Below, one piece after another: positions 1 to 14,755 of a stretch of DNA of 64,000 nt. The notes below the pieces were generated by a model that saw only the letters and a program-made list of their open reading frames with translations, had not been told where the DNA came from and did no database searches. The DNA is from Ramazzottius varieornatus. Taxonomy: Eukaryota > Animalia > Tardigrada. Position 1 is the stretch's first letter. Every line of letters begins with the position of its first letter. Made by a program: the position numbers and the translations under genes. The DNA lies in NCBI GenBank assembly GCA_001949185.1, contig BDGG01000001.1, positions 9,058,464-9,122,463 on the forward strand. The letters are read 5' to 3'.

Positions 1-1617
1 AAATGAAACAGAGCTTACCTCTAGTACAACATGCGCCAGTATACGGACGTTTGCTATCAATAAAAGCCGCTGGGCTCTTCAAACATGATTGCCATCTGTT
101 GTCCATATATACAGTACTATTGTGGCGCATACATGGATCGCCGTAATTTCATACTGTACTGGCTACGTTAGTACACATAGGGCGCAACATAGGCGGAGAA
201 CCAATATTGGCATAAAGTGAAGCTGCTGAATGAAGAAAGTCAGGACAATTTCGACGTATGGGCTTGCCCAGATAATGCGGCGACAGCTGCAGTTCTAGAC
301 TAACCTAGTGGAAAGAAGGCGTAGCTCCTTGCGCTATTAGCATAGGCAGGAAACGGTGAGCCGTACGTTGTCGCTTTCGGAAACAACGTCAATCCTCTAT
401 CTTGCTTCCTAGCTCAAATGCAGTCATAATGTACTGTATTCGCCATGTATTGCCCCGATCAAGATGACGATCGTCGATCAGCAAGACTCTGTTGACTCAA
501 CGCATGCTGAAGTACCCCGTCTACAATATGTATATGGGCCATTTAACTCGCTGTATTCCAGGCCGAAGATTGTCTTGTTGATGCGTCCGGGAAGGAGCGT
601 AGGGTTGCCGGATAACATTCTTTCATTTCTGTAACTAAGAGCATTTCCAGACCGTGCGAGGCAGATGTGTTGTTTAGGTAAAGCAGTGCAGCAATACTAC
701 TTGGCCGATTTGATTCCGTGCCTAATTGTTGTGCGACGGATGTTGGCTGCATCTCCCCACTGTGGTACTTTGATGCACCATCTGGAAGTTTCCGGCCAGT
801 GTCTCTCTTTGTGTCTGTGTCACTGGGCACGATCGATGTTTGTGATGCGTGTGTTTGTGTGGAAAGGTACGACGGCGGCGACCTCCAGTGATGTGATGGC
901 TCTTTAGCCCTTTTCTGCACCGTCTACCGTCACTGTCGACTAGCTTTGCGCTTGACGATGAAGAAGGCTGAACCGCTATATCGAACTGCAATCTAATCGA
1001 AGTCCGCTCGATACTCATATTCCGCTGACAGCAGCCCTGATCAGATGCCTGATTCCACTCAATCACACACCTTCCTTCCCCCCGATTGACTGGCGCAGAT
1101 AACTGGCCAACTGGCCGCAAATACGTCATCATCAGCCCGCCACCTGGATCAACCGCGCAAATGACTGTCTGACGTCACGGCCAATTCTGTGTATCCATTC
1201 CTTCGCTTGATTGCCAACCAGCTAAACCATTGATCAGTTGCGCCGCACCATTTTCACTGTATTCAGTTGAATGAAGTAATAATTATTGAAGTTCAGAAGT
1301 TGAAGCCGTTCTGGGCTTTCTCTTTTATGGAGTTGTTTCTGCCTTCTGGAGGTGGTTTCCGCGCTGACTGAATCGTAGTATTCCGTCCTGGTCGATGGGA
1401 GCCGTTATCTAAATGGACTATGAAGGTACATTAATCGCGGGATTACGACCATATCCTGCTGAATTGTAAATGCGTACTACCACTGCATGTAGCCGTCGTC
1501 GCCCGCACCGTTCTCCTTTCTCTGTTGCCTTCAATGAACAACACTCCGTCCTCGGCGTCCTGGATGCTGCTGGGATAAGTTGTACGGCTCTGTGGCCTTG
1601 TGGTACTGCGGAAGAAG

Positions 1618-4600
1618 ATGGGGACGATAAGCCTGAGAATGAGGGCCAGTATTTTTTTCATGTGCGTGATATTCCAGCTGGCCCTCTCACAAGGGACGCA
1701 GGGGTCCAGCGCACACTCCAAAGCGGATGGTGTGTCAGGGTCGGAGCTGCTGACCCGTATTAGTCCCTTGGGGGCCTTGGTGGAAGGGCGTCCAGCACGG
1801 CCTGGACGCACACTAAGTGAGGAGCAAAAAGAGCACCTTGCCCACGCCAAGACATCCTCCTCCTCCTGCCAGAACCAGACGGCGGAAGACGAAGAGGGCC
1901 ACGGCATCCATGTCATCTCCCTCAACTGGTGCTACGTCGAGCTGCCGCTGGTCATTTGCATCTTCTTGTTGCTGACGTCGCTGGTCAAGATTGGCTTCCA
2001 CCACGCCGACTTCCTGTCGACCATCCTGCCCGAGTCGTGCATGCTGATTGTGCTGGGTGTAGCCATCGGTGGCTTCCTCCGTCTGTTGGAAGCCTACGAG
2101 ATTGGCCTCAAGACGGAGTACTTTGAGTTTTCGGCGCGGACCTTCTTTCTCTTCCTCCTGCCGCCCATCATGCTGGAGAGCGCTTACTCCCTCCACGACC
2201 GCGAGTTCATCAACAACCTGGGTACCATCCTGACCTACGCCGTCTTTGGCACCATCTTCAACTCCTTCGCCATCGGACCGACCCTCTGGGGCCTCAGTCA
2301 AGTGGGAGCCATGGGCCATCTGTCTTTAGGTCTCGTCGAATGCCTGGCCTTTTCTAGCTTGATTTCCGCCGTCGATCCCGTTGCTGTCTTGGCCATTTTT
2401 CAGGAAGTCGGGTACGTAGCAATAGAATACACCACCGCTATGCTTCGCCAAGTTTTGTGAACTCATTCGTCCCGTTTTCTACGATGGTTTTACTGAAAAC
2501 CCCGAACAGGTTCGTGCCGTGTACATGGCCTTTTTTCTGCGGAAAATGGATAGATATCTCGAACAGGTCCGTGCCCTGCATGGTCCTGTCCACCGTAGGA
2601 AAAAGGCACGTTTGGGTGGCGACCTGAAGCGAACTGAGCACTTTTGCAGCTTTGGTACACGTATTCATCTTTTGTCCGTAACTAAGGCTGTTTTGCCACT
2701 AATTATGAGGGTTGAGGGGTGCTAGACAGACGTGACTGCGAGGCAAATGCGGAGTGGAGTAATTTGGTGGTGGGATAGAGTGGTAGAACAAGTTTGCATT
2801 GTTGTGTGTTATGATTGCAGGGTCAATGCGATGCTGTACTTTCTGCTCTTTGGGGAGTCGCTGCTGAATGACGCGGTAACGGTGGTGCTGTACAATGTGA
2901 TGGTGGCCCTAGCCAGTCAGACGGAAGTGGGTGCGGGCGATGTCGGCCTGGGCATCGCTTCCTTCTTCACAGTCAGCATCGGCGGACTGGTGATCGGTGC
3001 GGCCTGCGGCATCTTCACAGCGGTACGTATCGCTCATATCGTCTAGACTGGCTCGATCAATAGGCAGCCCTAACACTGCTGACTGCTGCAAAGAGGATAC
3101 AGTGTCAAGCTCCCCCAGAGCTTACAAGCTTACCTTCAAAGCTCCCGCAGGAGGCATTGCCGCGCTGGACTCTTTTATTGCTTTGACAGACAGGCTTAGT
3201 TTGACCAGAACGGAAAAACTTTGCTGTTTCCCTAGAGAATGGTAAGTTTGTCAGTGCGACGTCCAAGCGAAAGTAGGCAGTGTTCGTGCGTCACTGCATG
3301 GTTTTTCCTGTATGATTATTGGAAAAAGCCCTGCAGTGCCATAGCTGGGACTGTGCTCGTTAGATAACAGAGCTTCTTGATGGCTTGCTTCCATCACGCA
3401 AAGCTCCGATGAGAAGCCGGGGTAAAGAGTTACAGTTGAGGTCGTCAAAGTGAGAAGAAGCAGCTGGTTGGCGCTGACAGATCGTAGCCCTGCCACCAGC
3501 CAGAATGCATCGTCAGGAAATGCAGCTTCTTCACCGGAAGCGTTATAGAGTATAGTGGGATGGCATTACTCAGAGGCAGTCATAAAAAGGCTGATAAGCA
3601 GCAGAGTTTGGGGGCGGAAACGGTAGCCACAGATCGCGACAGCAAATGTTTGTGTGCACTTAAGATGATTATCGACGATGCCTGCTTCACTTTCCTCAGC
3701 ATTCTCTGTCATTACACTAGAGAGACTAGAGGGGTAGAGGAACCGCTGTGTATACCGTAGAGCCGCAAAACATGGAAGCCGTAGAGTCACTTACCACTAC
3801 TAACGAACATTACCATTGGTGTGATACGCACGGAGGCCACGCCCCGGTATAGTCGGTTACGTTACATTAGAGTCTCCAAGCACGATGATACGGAACGTGA
3901 AGAGTTAACAGTACAGTGCAAGGCCCACGTCCACCCGTAATCCAAGCGTTGATAGGTGGCAAGGAGGAAAGCAACAGGAGGAAGGAAGTACGAAGCATCG
4001 TTTGAGCACGGGATGTCTTGGTTCGGGAACGTCCATCGGTTGGCTCTTTCGTCAGCAGGGATAGGGATGTTCATTGTTGATGTTCCGGTAAGAGTCCTCC
4101 TCCGTCGCTAGCTGGTTCCAAACGAGAAACCTGCAATACCTTCTACGGAAATAAGTTATAAAGGGAGACGCTCCAGGTAGGGTACAGATCTGTCAGATCC
4201 TTGGCAAGCGCGAAAGGAATGATGCGGAAAGCGGCAAAATTCTCGACGAGTCAAGCTGCTTACGCAATAAGATTGGTGATTCCATTTAGAAATAATTTAT
4301 GTCACGTGCCTCGCCCACCCGTAAGCATTGTTCTTTTGCCCATGTGGTTCAATACTTATTTACGGTAGCAGCTTCGAAGTGAGCTTTATTTAGGTTCTCG
4401 CCGGACCTATGCCACAAACGCAGGCGCTTCATGTACTTGCATACACAGTTAGTACGCAGCGGCTCTATCTGTCAGGTTAGGCCGAACTGTCGGTTTGTCC
4501 GAGCAGCTAAAGGTCATCGGAGGTCACCACTTTGACATCGACCTCCAGTGGAAGCTAGTCCGGCAATGACTTCATCATTGGAAGACTGGCGTGGCGTACG

Positions 4601-7600
4601 CACGCGTTTCTCTACCCCCTCTAGTCTCTCTGATTACACTGCATTCGAGCGTTACAAGCAAAGATATTAGATCTGTTTTTTAGTCATGTTTTCGGCTTGC
4701 ACTTCACAAGTCAAGTCAACCATCATCAGACGTGGAAAGGCCCAACAAACAACAGCCTCTTTGTTGATCTTTCCCTCAAATCCCTCTCCTTCACCGGCTT
4801 TGAAAAGAAAGACAAGTCCGATCCAATGCTGAAACCTTCGTTCTCAACAAAGGCCGACCGAAATGTTACCAAACATGGAAATTTGATCGGGCAATAAGTC
4901 AAACACGAATTACAGGATTACAGAATCGATTGGCGACTGAAAATCAAACATGCCGGCGGAAGTAGGCGTGGCACTTAATTATGATCAGGCTGAATTTTTA
5001 CTGTTTTTGTTTTTGGCCAGTTATATGCAACGAATCAAGTGCTTTGGTTTTTGTAGGTGATTACAAAGTATACGGAGCATGTCAGGGTGGTAGAGCCCAT
5101 CGCCATGTTCATCATGGCCTACACTTCCTACATTCTGGCCGAGCTCTTTCACTTGTCGGGCATCATCTCCATCATCACCTGTGGCTTGCTGCAGTGGCAG
5201 TACGCCGTCCACAACGTCTCCTTCAAGTCGCGCACCACCGTCAAATACTTTAGCAAGATGGCCGCGTCAGTGTCCCCTCCCCATTCTTTCTTTCTAATCT
5301 CCCTATATTTATAAGGTTGCCCTTTTTTCTGTCACAGGTCGGTCTGTGATGCCGTCATCTTCCTGGTCCTTGGGCTGGTCATCGTCAAGGAGAAGCTGCA
5401 CGAGTGGCACACGGGCTTTGTCCTGTGGGCGCTGCTCTTTTGCATCGTCTACCGCTTCATGGGTGTCTTTGGCCTGACCTGGCTGGCCAACAAGATCAAC
5501 CGCATGCGCAAGGTTAACTTGGAAGAGCAGTTCATGATGTCCTACGGTGGTTTGCGAGGCGCCATCGCCTTCGCCTTGGTCAACCTCTTGAAAGACAAGC
5601 ACTTTGCCCACAAGAAGGTCTTTGTCACCACCACCGTCGTCGTCATCCTCTTTACCGTCTTTGTCCAAGGTAATATCATCGTCTCTCTAGTTAGCACGGC
5701 GCCAAATGATAGCCACCCATATCGTTTTTTCCCAGTGGCGCACACTGTCAACCCATAACACCGACAGCCTGCGTCACTTGGGAAGCTGGACCGCATCGCT
5801 CTTCCAAGTGGCGCATGCGTCCGGCCAATAACAATGGAACTGCGCGCCATTGGCGAAAGCAATCTTGGTGAAGGCATCTGCCAACCTCCCAGTTGATATA
5901 TCATATTGCGGGAAGTTGATGTCTTGTTGGCGATAGGGACAACGATCAAGCCGCTGGTGAGGCTGTTGCGCATCCGTCGGATGGAAACGAAGAAGCCTTC
6001 CATCTTCCAAGCCACCAACCTCTGCCTCTTTGACCATGTCATGTCCGGCATTGAGGAAATCAGCGGGCGGCATGGCCACAACTACTGGCGGGAGATCCTT
6101 GATTACTACGACGAAAAGTACCTCAAGCCTTGGCTGCAAAAGACTCCCATCGTTCGTGACAAAGCCATCGTCGACATTTTTGCCAAACAGGCTCTCAAGT
6201 ACGTCGACCGAGTTTAGACTAAGTCAGCTCTTGCCCCCTTTTTCTACAGTGAGAGGCCATGTGTGGCATAAGCTTATCTGGAATTTCATACAGAGAAAAA
6301 AGGGGGCGAGTTTTGTCAGATATGGGTAAATGGGGCTTTTGTTTGACTTTTGCAGAGAGCATTTTGCTCACTTGTACGGCAGCTCGCAAGCCGAGCAGTT
6401 TGTCAGCCGGCGAATGCGGCGCGAAGGTTCGACGCTGTCAGGCGTTGCTTCCGTCAACAACCTGAGGCAGTACGAAGGTTCGGGAGACGGTCTGCTCAGT
6501 CACGGTTTCCCCAGTCATCCCAACATGGTGGGGGGACGACTAGCTCCCGGCCTGGCAGGTGTGCCTGGTCACCATCCACCGACCCTGGTCAATGTCCACA
6601 TTCCCGGCGCCGGCGACGTCCATCAGATGAGCGGCTTGGATGAGCGCAACCCCAACAGCATCTTGGGCAAGCTGCGCCAACGCTTCCGGCATCACGACAA
6701 CACCAAGATTAGCTTCGGCCATGATGTCCGCGAAGCTCTCGACCGTGCCGCCAAGTATGGACCACATGTCCAGGTATAACCATCGCACATTCTGACTCTG
6801 GCTAATTGCTGTCCTCTTCGGTACAGGGTGTCAGTTTACTCCAGGGATGAGACAGAGTAAATTGCGCAACCAGAAACGGTCTTCGCTATGTCTAGTTCCG
6901 ATAAACGAATGAGACTGCTTTGTGGTTTTAGTTTACACTAGTACTAACTGATAGAAATATTTTCTGAATTCAAGTTCAACGACAACGAACTGTTTGTGTA
7001 ACTTAAGTGATATTCGATAGCAGAAGCTCAAGGGTGAAAACTGGTACGATTTGTGTTCTTAAAACGGTCAGGGGCTTCGATACACAGAAACTGGGATTTA
7101 CTTAGAAAATGAGAAATGTTGACGACTAGCCAAAAACGTAACGAAGAAAGAATCTCTAATGGACTTTCAACTTTGGATTTTCGGCAGTAAAATATTGTAA
7201 TAAAAACACCTTTATCAATTTGAAAGCATCAGAACGCGGTTGGTATGGTCGATACAGTGGCCCGATCAAAATTTGGCCGAGCTGGTTAAAAGCTGACGTG
7301 GACGAAGAAAGGCTTTTTTCCCAGTAGAGTGACGATAGGTGGTGACAGATGATGTTATTTCAGCGCTGTGTTTTGTCCTTTTTAGATTCGACAAAAGTAC
7401 AATCCCAACCTGATAGACGAAGAACAGACAGACTTGGAGTACCAGATGCGAGAGCGGGCGCTGCGGGCGCAGATGATGGCCCAGAAGAAGTTTGGCAAGC
7501 GGGCCGGCCCCTTAATGCCCATCCGTTCCTTCCTGTCGCGGGTGGGCAACTCGGCCTCCAACCTGATGGCCATGGGCCGTGGACGGCGCAACGGCACTGC

Positions 7601-8396
7601 CCCACCTCGGTCTCGCCCAGAGGGCCCCATCGTCAAAGACAAGGAAGCCATCATGGCCGCTGCAGAACGGAAGAGGAAAGTCTCACGAGACTCCTCCAAA
7701 CTGCGCATCAGCATGATCCATGCCGGCTCCTTGAGCAGCATGGCCGAAGAAGGCGCCGATGAACTGGTCCAGTTCAACACTGGCGACCAACGGTAAGTAA
7801 CCTCCCTCACATCCATCCTGTTCAGCTGTCATCGTTTGGGCGCCCACTCTAATTTCTGCCATTTCTCTTCGCGAGCGTCTGTCAGGTTCGTGCTGAGCAC
7901 GGCCTGCACTGCTACTTTGTAGTAACAGGACAGAAAAGTAACGTGGATGCTAAATAACTTTCCACCACTGTCGCGCGATTCTTTCGCTCGGTGCTAGTGC
8001 CAACTTTGAGGTGATTTTGCTTTCCGTAGGAAGCGGGAAGGAGGGGGAGGAGGTAGTGACGACGAAGAAGAAGGGGAGGTCTTGCAGATGCGGCGCATCG
8101 AGCCGTCGGCCACAGCGCTGCACCTGGAGCGCATCGACGAGCGGGCTTCCGTCTCCGAGTCGGACTTCAGCAATCTCAACAGTTCCCGGGGGCATGAGCA
8201 GTCCTCGCCCTCCTTGACTAACCAAGTGACGACGGTGGCCGCTGTGGAACTGCCTCCTCTAGTGCCTCCCTTCCGTCCGTCAGCCTCCTCAGGCACCATC
8301 CCTGACAGTGCCGCCAACGATGTCCAGTCTCCTCGACCGGACTATAACCCCGAGATGACGCCCCTCCTCCATCAACGCCAGTTTCCCAGGAGGTAG
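1618..8396 (+). CDS. Na+/H+ exchanger (SLC9A/NHE family), about 8 exons
   Basis: Spliced ORFs carry NHE motifs: LPESCMLIVLG, FFLFLLPPIMLESAY, ISAVDPVAVLAIF, FGESLLNDAVTVVLY, SYGGLRGAIAF, FTVFVQGTTIKPLV. Exons approx. 1618-2412, 2821-3022, 5057-5265, 5338-5669, 5937-6198, 6355-6773, 7386-7792, 8030-8396. Confidence 0.95.
5732..5853. repeat. Intronic dyad element, 2 tandem units (arm-N25-inverted arm)
   Basis: ccagtggcgcac(5732)-25 nt-ctgcgtcacttg and caagtggcgcat(5805)-25 nt-gcgcgccattgg, inside an NHE intron. Confidence 0.85.
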
Positions 8397-8887
8397 TCGG
8401 CAGCAGCAGCGCAAAGCTTCACTCGCTGAAAGACCTGTGATGTCTTGTCCACCTTGCAAGAATCTGTTGATAAGAAATACCCAGTGGCTATACTTGGTCA
8501 ACGGTGATTTATAATTTATTTGGTCAGAGAAGGAGCTTTTACCTGTTATCTTCTCTCATGTTGCGTCCAGACAAATTTTGCACTACCGTTTTAGGCTATC
8601 AAGATTACCACGTTACTTGTTGTTTTATTTTCCATGTCTTGTCAACAATTTCTCGTCGTTTTTTTTTTAATGTTGTAAATGTTGTTTCTTTGTTTCTTCA
8701 GAAGTGAAGAGCTGTGTACTCTGAGAAATGCCTGCTCGTCAAAGTAGTTTGGCGGAAGTTGTTTAGCAACTGTTAGTTGGAGAGCAAAGGTGCCTTGTGT
8801 CGCTGTGCCAAGATCCCGCAGCGCGCCAATCTTCCACGGAAGTACAGTACTATTGTCAGGCCTATTTTTTGTCACTGATCGTTCATC

Positions 8888-10048
8888 ATGCCTGTCTTAC
8901 CCATGAGCGAGGAAATGTCGGAATCGGTGACGACGTACAACGCCGGCGACCACAACGGCCACAAGCCGGTGATGGCAGCGGCTGCCCACGCCAGCAGCAA
9001 CGTTAAACAGCAACAACAACAGCAGCAGCAGGCAGCACCGGCACAGCCACAGGTGACGGCCGCAACCCACAAGGACTTGATCGGACATCGAGCTCAGACT
9101 TACAGCAGTATCAACCCACCGGCCATCCATCTGTCGCCCGTCCTCGTCTCTCCGGGGACGATGGGACCAGCCGACGAGATCGTCGGACACGGCCTGGTAG
9201 CTTCCGCCGCTTGTGTCAGTGCCACCGCCACACCCTTTGTCTTTGAGACGGCTGAACAAGCCGAAAAGAGCCTTAAAGATCGCGAAGACTATCTCAGGGA
9301 ACAGGAGAAAATTTCCCTGGAACATGAGAAGAAACTGGAGAAACTGACAGACAGTTATCGTAAAAGGTTTGTATATACGCCTTATAGTTATATGGACAAC
9401 CATTTGAAAGCTCGACGAACAAGACTCGACAAGATGGCTTTTACAAGTTACGCACCCCTTCAACCAATAACACCGACAAAATGCGCCATTGTAAACAAAC
9501 TTGTCGAGTCTGTTTTCCGGGCTCCCATTCTTTCCTTTCCTTTGAAATTCAAATTTGAATAGCGATATCCTGTACCTATCTATCTGCCCTCCGGAATGAA
9601 GTAGACTGGATAATACGATTCGGGTGCTCGTAGTACGGAAGAAGAAGCCGAGCGGATACGAAAGGAGCTGGAGAAGCAGCACGAGCGCGATGTGGCCTTC
9701 CGGAAGGACGTTCTGAATTCGACCATTGATCGACAGCAAAAGGAAGTGGACTTGCAGGTCAAATATGCCAAAAAGCAGTTAGAACACGAACGAGAAATGG
9801 CAATCCATGCCCTGGAGGAGGCAAAGGCACAAGCTGAGGTCCACGTCCAGATGGACACTGCTGCGGGTTAGTCCCATGATTATGTACCGTCACTTTGCAA
9901 CAGGAAGACTGCACCATTTCACACTTGTGATTTCGCTCCATATTTTCTTGCAGGAACTACGTTTAGCGATGTCAACAGTTCTGCCAGTGAGACGCCGCAA
10001 ATCAAAGAAAAGAAATCACTGGGAAGCAAACTAAAGTCTCTGCTCTGA
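8888..10048 (+). CDS. CAHS: Cytoplasmic abundant heat-soluble (CAHS) family protein, 3 exons
   Basis: Exons 8888-9366, 9634-9866, 9954-10048 splice in frame. They give ...[86 protein letters not shown]...[12 protein letters not shown], which matches the CAHS helical motifs and C-terminus. Confidence 0.93.
9408..9524. repeat. Intronic dyad element with extended ACTCGACAAG/CTTGTCGAGT flanks
   Basis: caagttacgcac(9444)-25 nt-atgcgccattgt(9481), flanked by inverted gactcgacaag ... cttgtcgagtc, inside CAHS intron 1. Confidence 0.8.
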
Positions 10049-10259
10049 GAGACATGTTTATTTCCCTGCAATGGAAGAAACATCCGCATTCTGGATACCA
10101 GCTCTCTGCTGTACCGTTACTCATGTCAGAAACGATAAAACTTGTTGACAGATCGATAAAATCTCTAATACGACACACTACGGCATTCCGTCGATGGTTC
10201 CGAAGAGGTTAAAGGATAAAAAGCTTCTGGACATGGTCACTCACAGTTACGACACTGGG

Positions 10260-10937
10260 CTACTGCGTGGAAACTTGTGGAACGCTGCTTTCCATCGCAT
10301 TCAGACCTTCCTCGTCAAGCGCTTCCTTGGCCTGTTTGACCATCAGGTATTCGTTATAGTGTTGCTTGCGGTGCAACTTGAAGTTTCTTTTCTTTTCGCG
10401 TTCTTCTGGAGTCATGGAGGAATCGTCGTCGTCGTCATCGTCGGTGGAAACGGTCCGGGACAAGCGAACAGTGGAGGAAGGATGGAGCTTTTCTGCTTGT
10501 AAGGCATCTGCTAACTTGTCAGCACTGATTCCCCGCATGCTGGATTCGTCTACCATCCCCGACCTTGGTTCTTCTGCGAAAACGGGGAAACCCAGATAAA
10601 GAAAGCGATGTGATATCCTCGATCACACCGCGCGCTAAGACAGCAGTTACGATGAGCAAATTGCGCTTGTTCATCGGGGCAGTCACTTACCGTCAACATC
10701 CATATCGGCCTCAATGTCATAAGCGTTATACGGCGTCTTGGGTTCGTCAATCTTAATATGTCCATAGTCTTTGTCCTGAGGATGGTGGGTAGCCAGGATG
10801 TTCATCTCGTCCCACTTCATCTCCTTCTGGCCTTCCGGGGAGGTTTGCTTGGGGTGGCTGACGGCATCGGCTGTCTCTCCACTATCATGCTTCTTCAGGA
10901 TGCTTTTGACTGGTTTCGCATGCAAATGGTCGGCCAT
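10260..10937 (-). CDS. PPP1R2: Protein phosphatase 1 inhibitor-2, 2 exons
   Basis: KSILK (SILK motif), KWDEMNILAT, KDYGHIKIDEPKTPY and FKLHRKQHYNEY are the hallmark inhibitor-2 motifs. Confidence 0.93.
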
Positions 10938-11633
10938 TCCCTGCAACAACCAATTTCACAAGAGCTAGCTAAAAATCTGATGAAGGTAGAATCTGCAATC
11001 TTGCATAGTCCACAACTCTGAATCCAAATTATCTGATGATCAGAAGAGGTCGAGGAGATCGGAAAAATTTTCCCCCGGGGCAGACGGTCATTCGGTAAAT
11101 GGCCAAGTGGCCATCTACTAAATTTCCACTCTTTGCCCCGGGCCCCGGCGTATGCCATGCGGCCCGGCCGCCCGGATGGCGGATGATCCGGGCCACTGGG
11201 ACAGTGCGCTTTGGGTCTGGGAGTGAAAAATGGGCAACTTGGTTTCTCCCTGGGTGAACGCATTGACATCGACGCGAACTTCGAAAATTTTTATTGAAAA
11301 CCGTGAGAACTTTTAATGTTGACGTTTCAATCGAGCTTGTTTGCACGCTTCGTTGATTTCCGAATCGCAGTAATGAAACTGATTAAGCTTCATAAAGATA
11401 TGCAGCAGGGGCCAGCACCTTTCAGCTTGTGGATGGGCAATCAGGCTTTTTGACTGACTCAGAGCGGTGGAGCATGACAAGTTTGAAGTCGAAAGTGGAC
11501 GATCATCGCAATCAACGCGACGTCAATCAAGGGAGCACTTGGATTACACGCAGACGTCTTCCATTCCCCTAAACCTTACCTGTTTAGACCGTATCTATGC
11601 CCTGATGTTAGTTCTTTTTCTCTGAGCGCACTG
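10938..11633. promoter_or_regulatory. Divergent (head-to-head) promoter region between PPP1R2 and Abi
   Basis: About 700 bp separates the opposing start codons. It includes a GC-rich tract at about 11070-11260. Confidence 0.5.
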
Positions 11634-14346
<2,713 letters not shown>

Positions 14347-14755
14347 ACACTTTCTGAACACTTTCTTCACTGTAAAATGGTTGCCAAACTGTAGTGCCCG
14401 TTTGTCGCTTTTCTGGTCTTATCTCACGATGTCAGAGTAGGTTTTTTTACTGTTCCTGTCGTGTGCTTCTTTTTACGGCGCCTGTGCCATCATCACTATA
14501 ATGTTATTTTGGAGAAAGTGGGAAAGAGTCTCTTTACAAACCCGAACGTGATTTTGCTTTTATTCTTTTTTATTCAAACAAGTACCGTGATTTATCTGTT
14601 TGATTTTTATCAGTTGTTGAATAACTTGACTTTTTATATCGTGTCTGATTATCGCTGATCAAATGTTGCAGCTCGTGGTCAGCATCAAGACTTCTTTTTT
14701 GTACACTGAAAAAAACATCGAAACGAAGCCAACAGACAGATGAAAATCTGACAAG

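Noticed and set aside
2503-2590. Imperfect direct repeat (cgaacaggt.cgtgcc...catgg.cc) in NHE intron 1
   Set aside because: Two degenerate copies only, unrelated to the dyad family, with no further structure.
8784-8832. Possible dyad copy upstream of the CAHS start
   Set aside because: The left arm matches only about 5/12 positions, which is indistinguishable from chance.
9367-9562. In-frame read-through making the 224-aa CAHS ORF
   Set aside because: This is intron 1 containing the dyad repeat. The CAHS motif continues only after splicing to 9634.
8897-9739. 280-aa minus-strand ORF
   Set aside because: Antisense shadow of the CAHS exons with no recognisable motifs.
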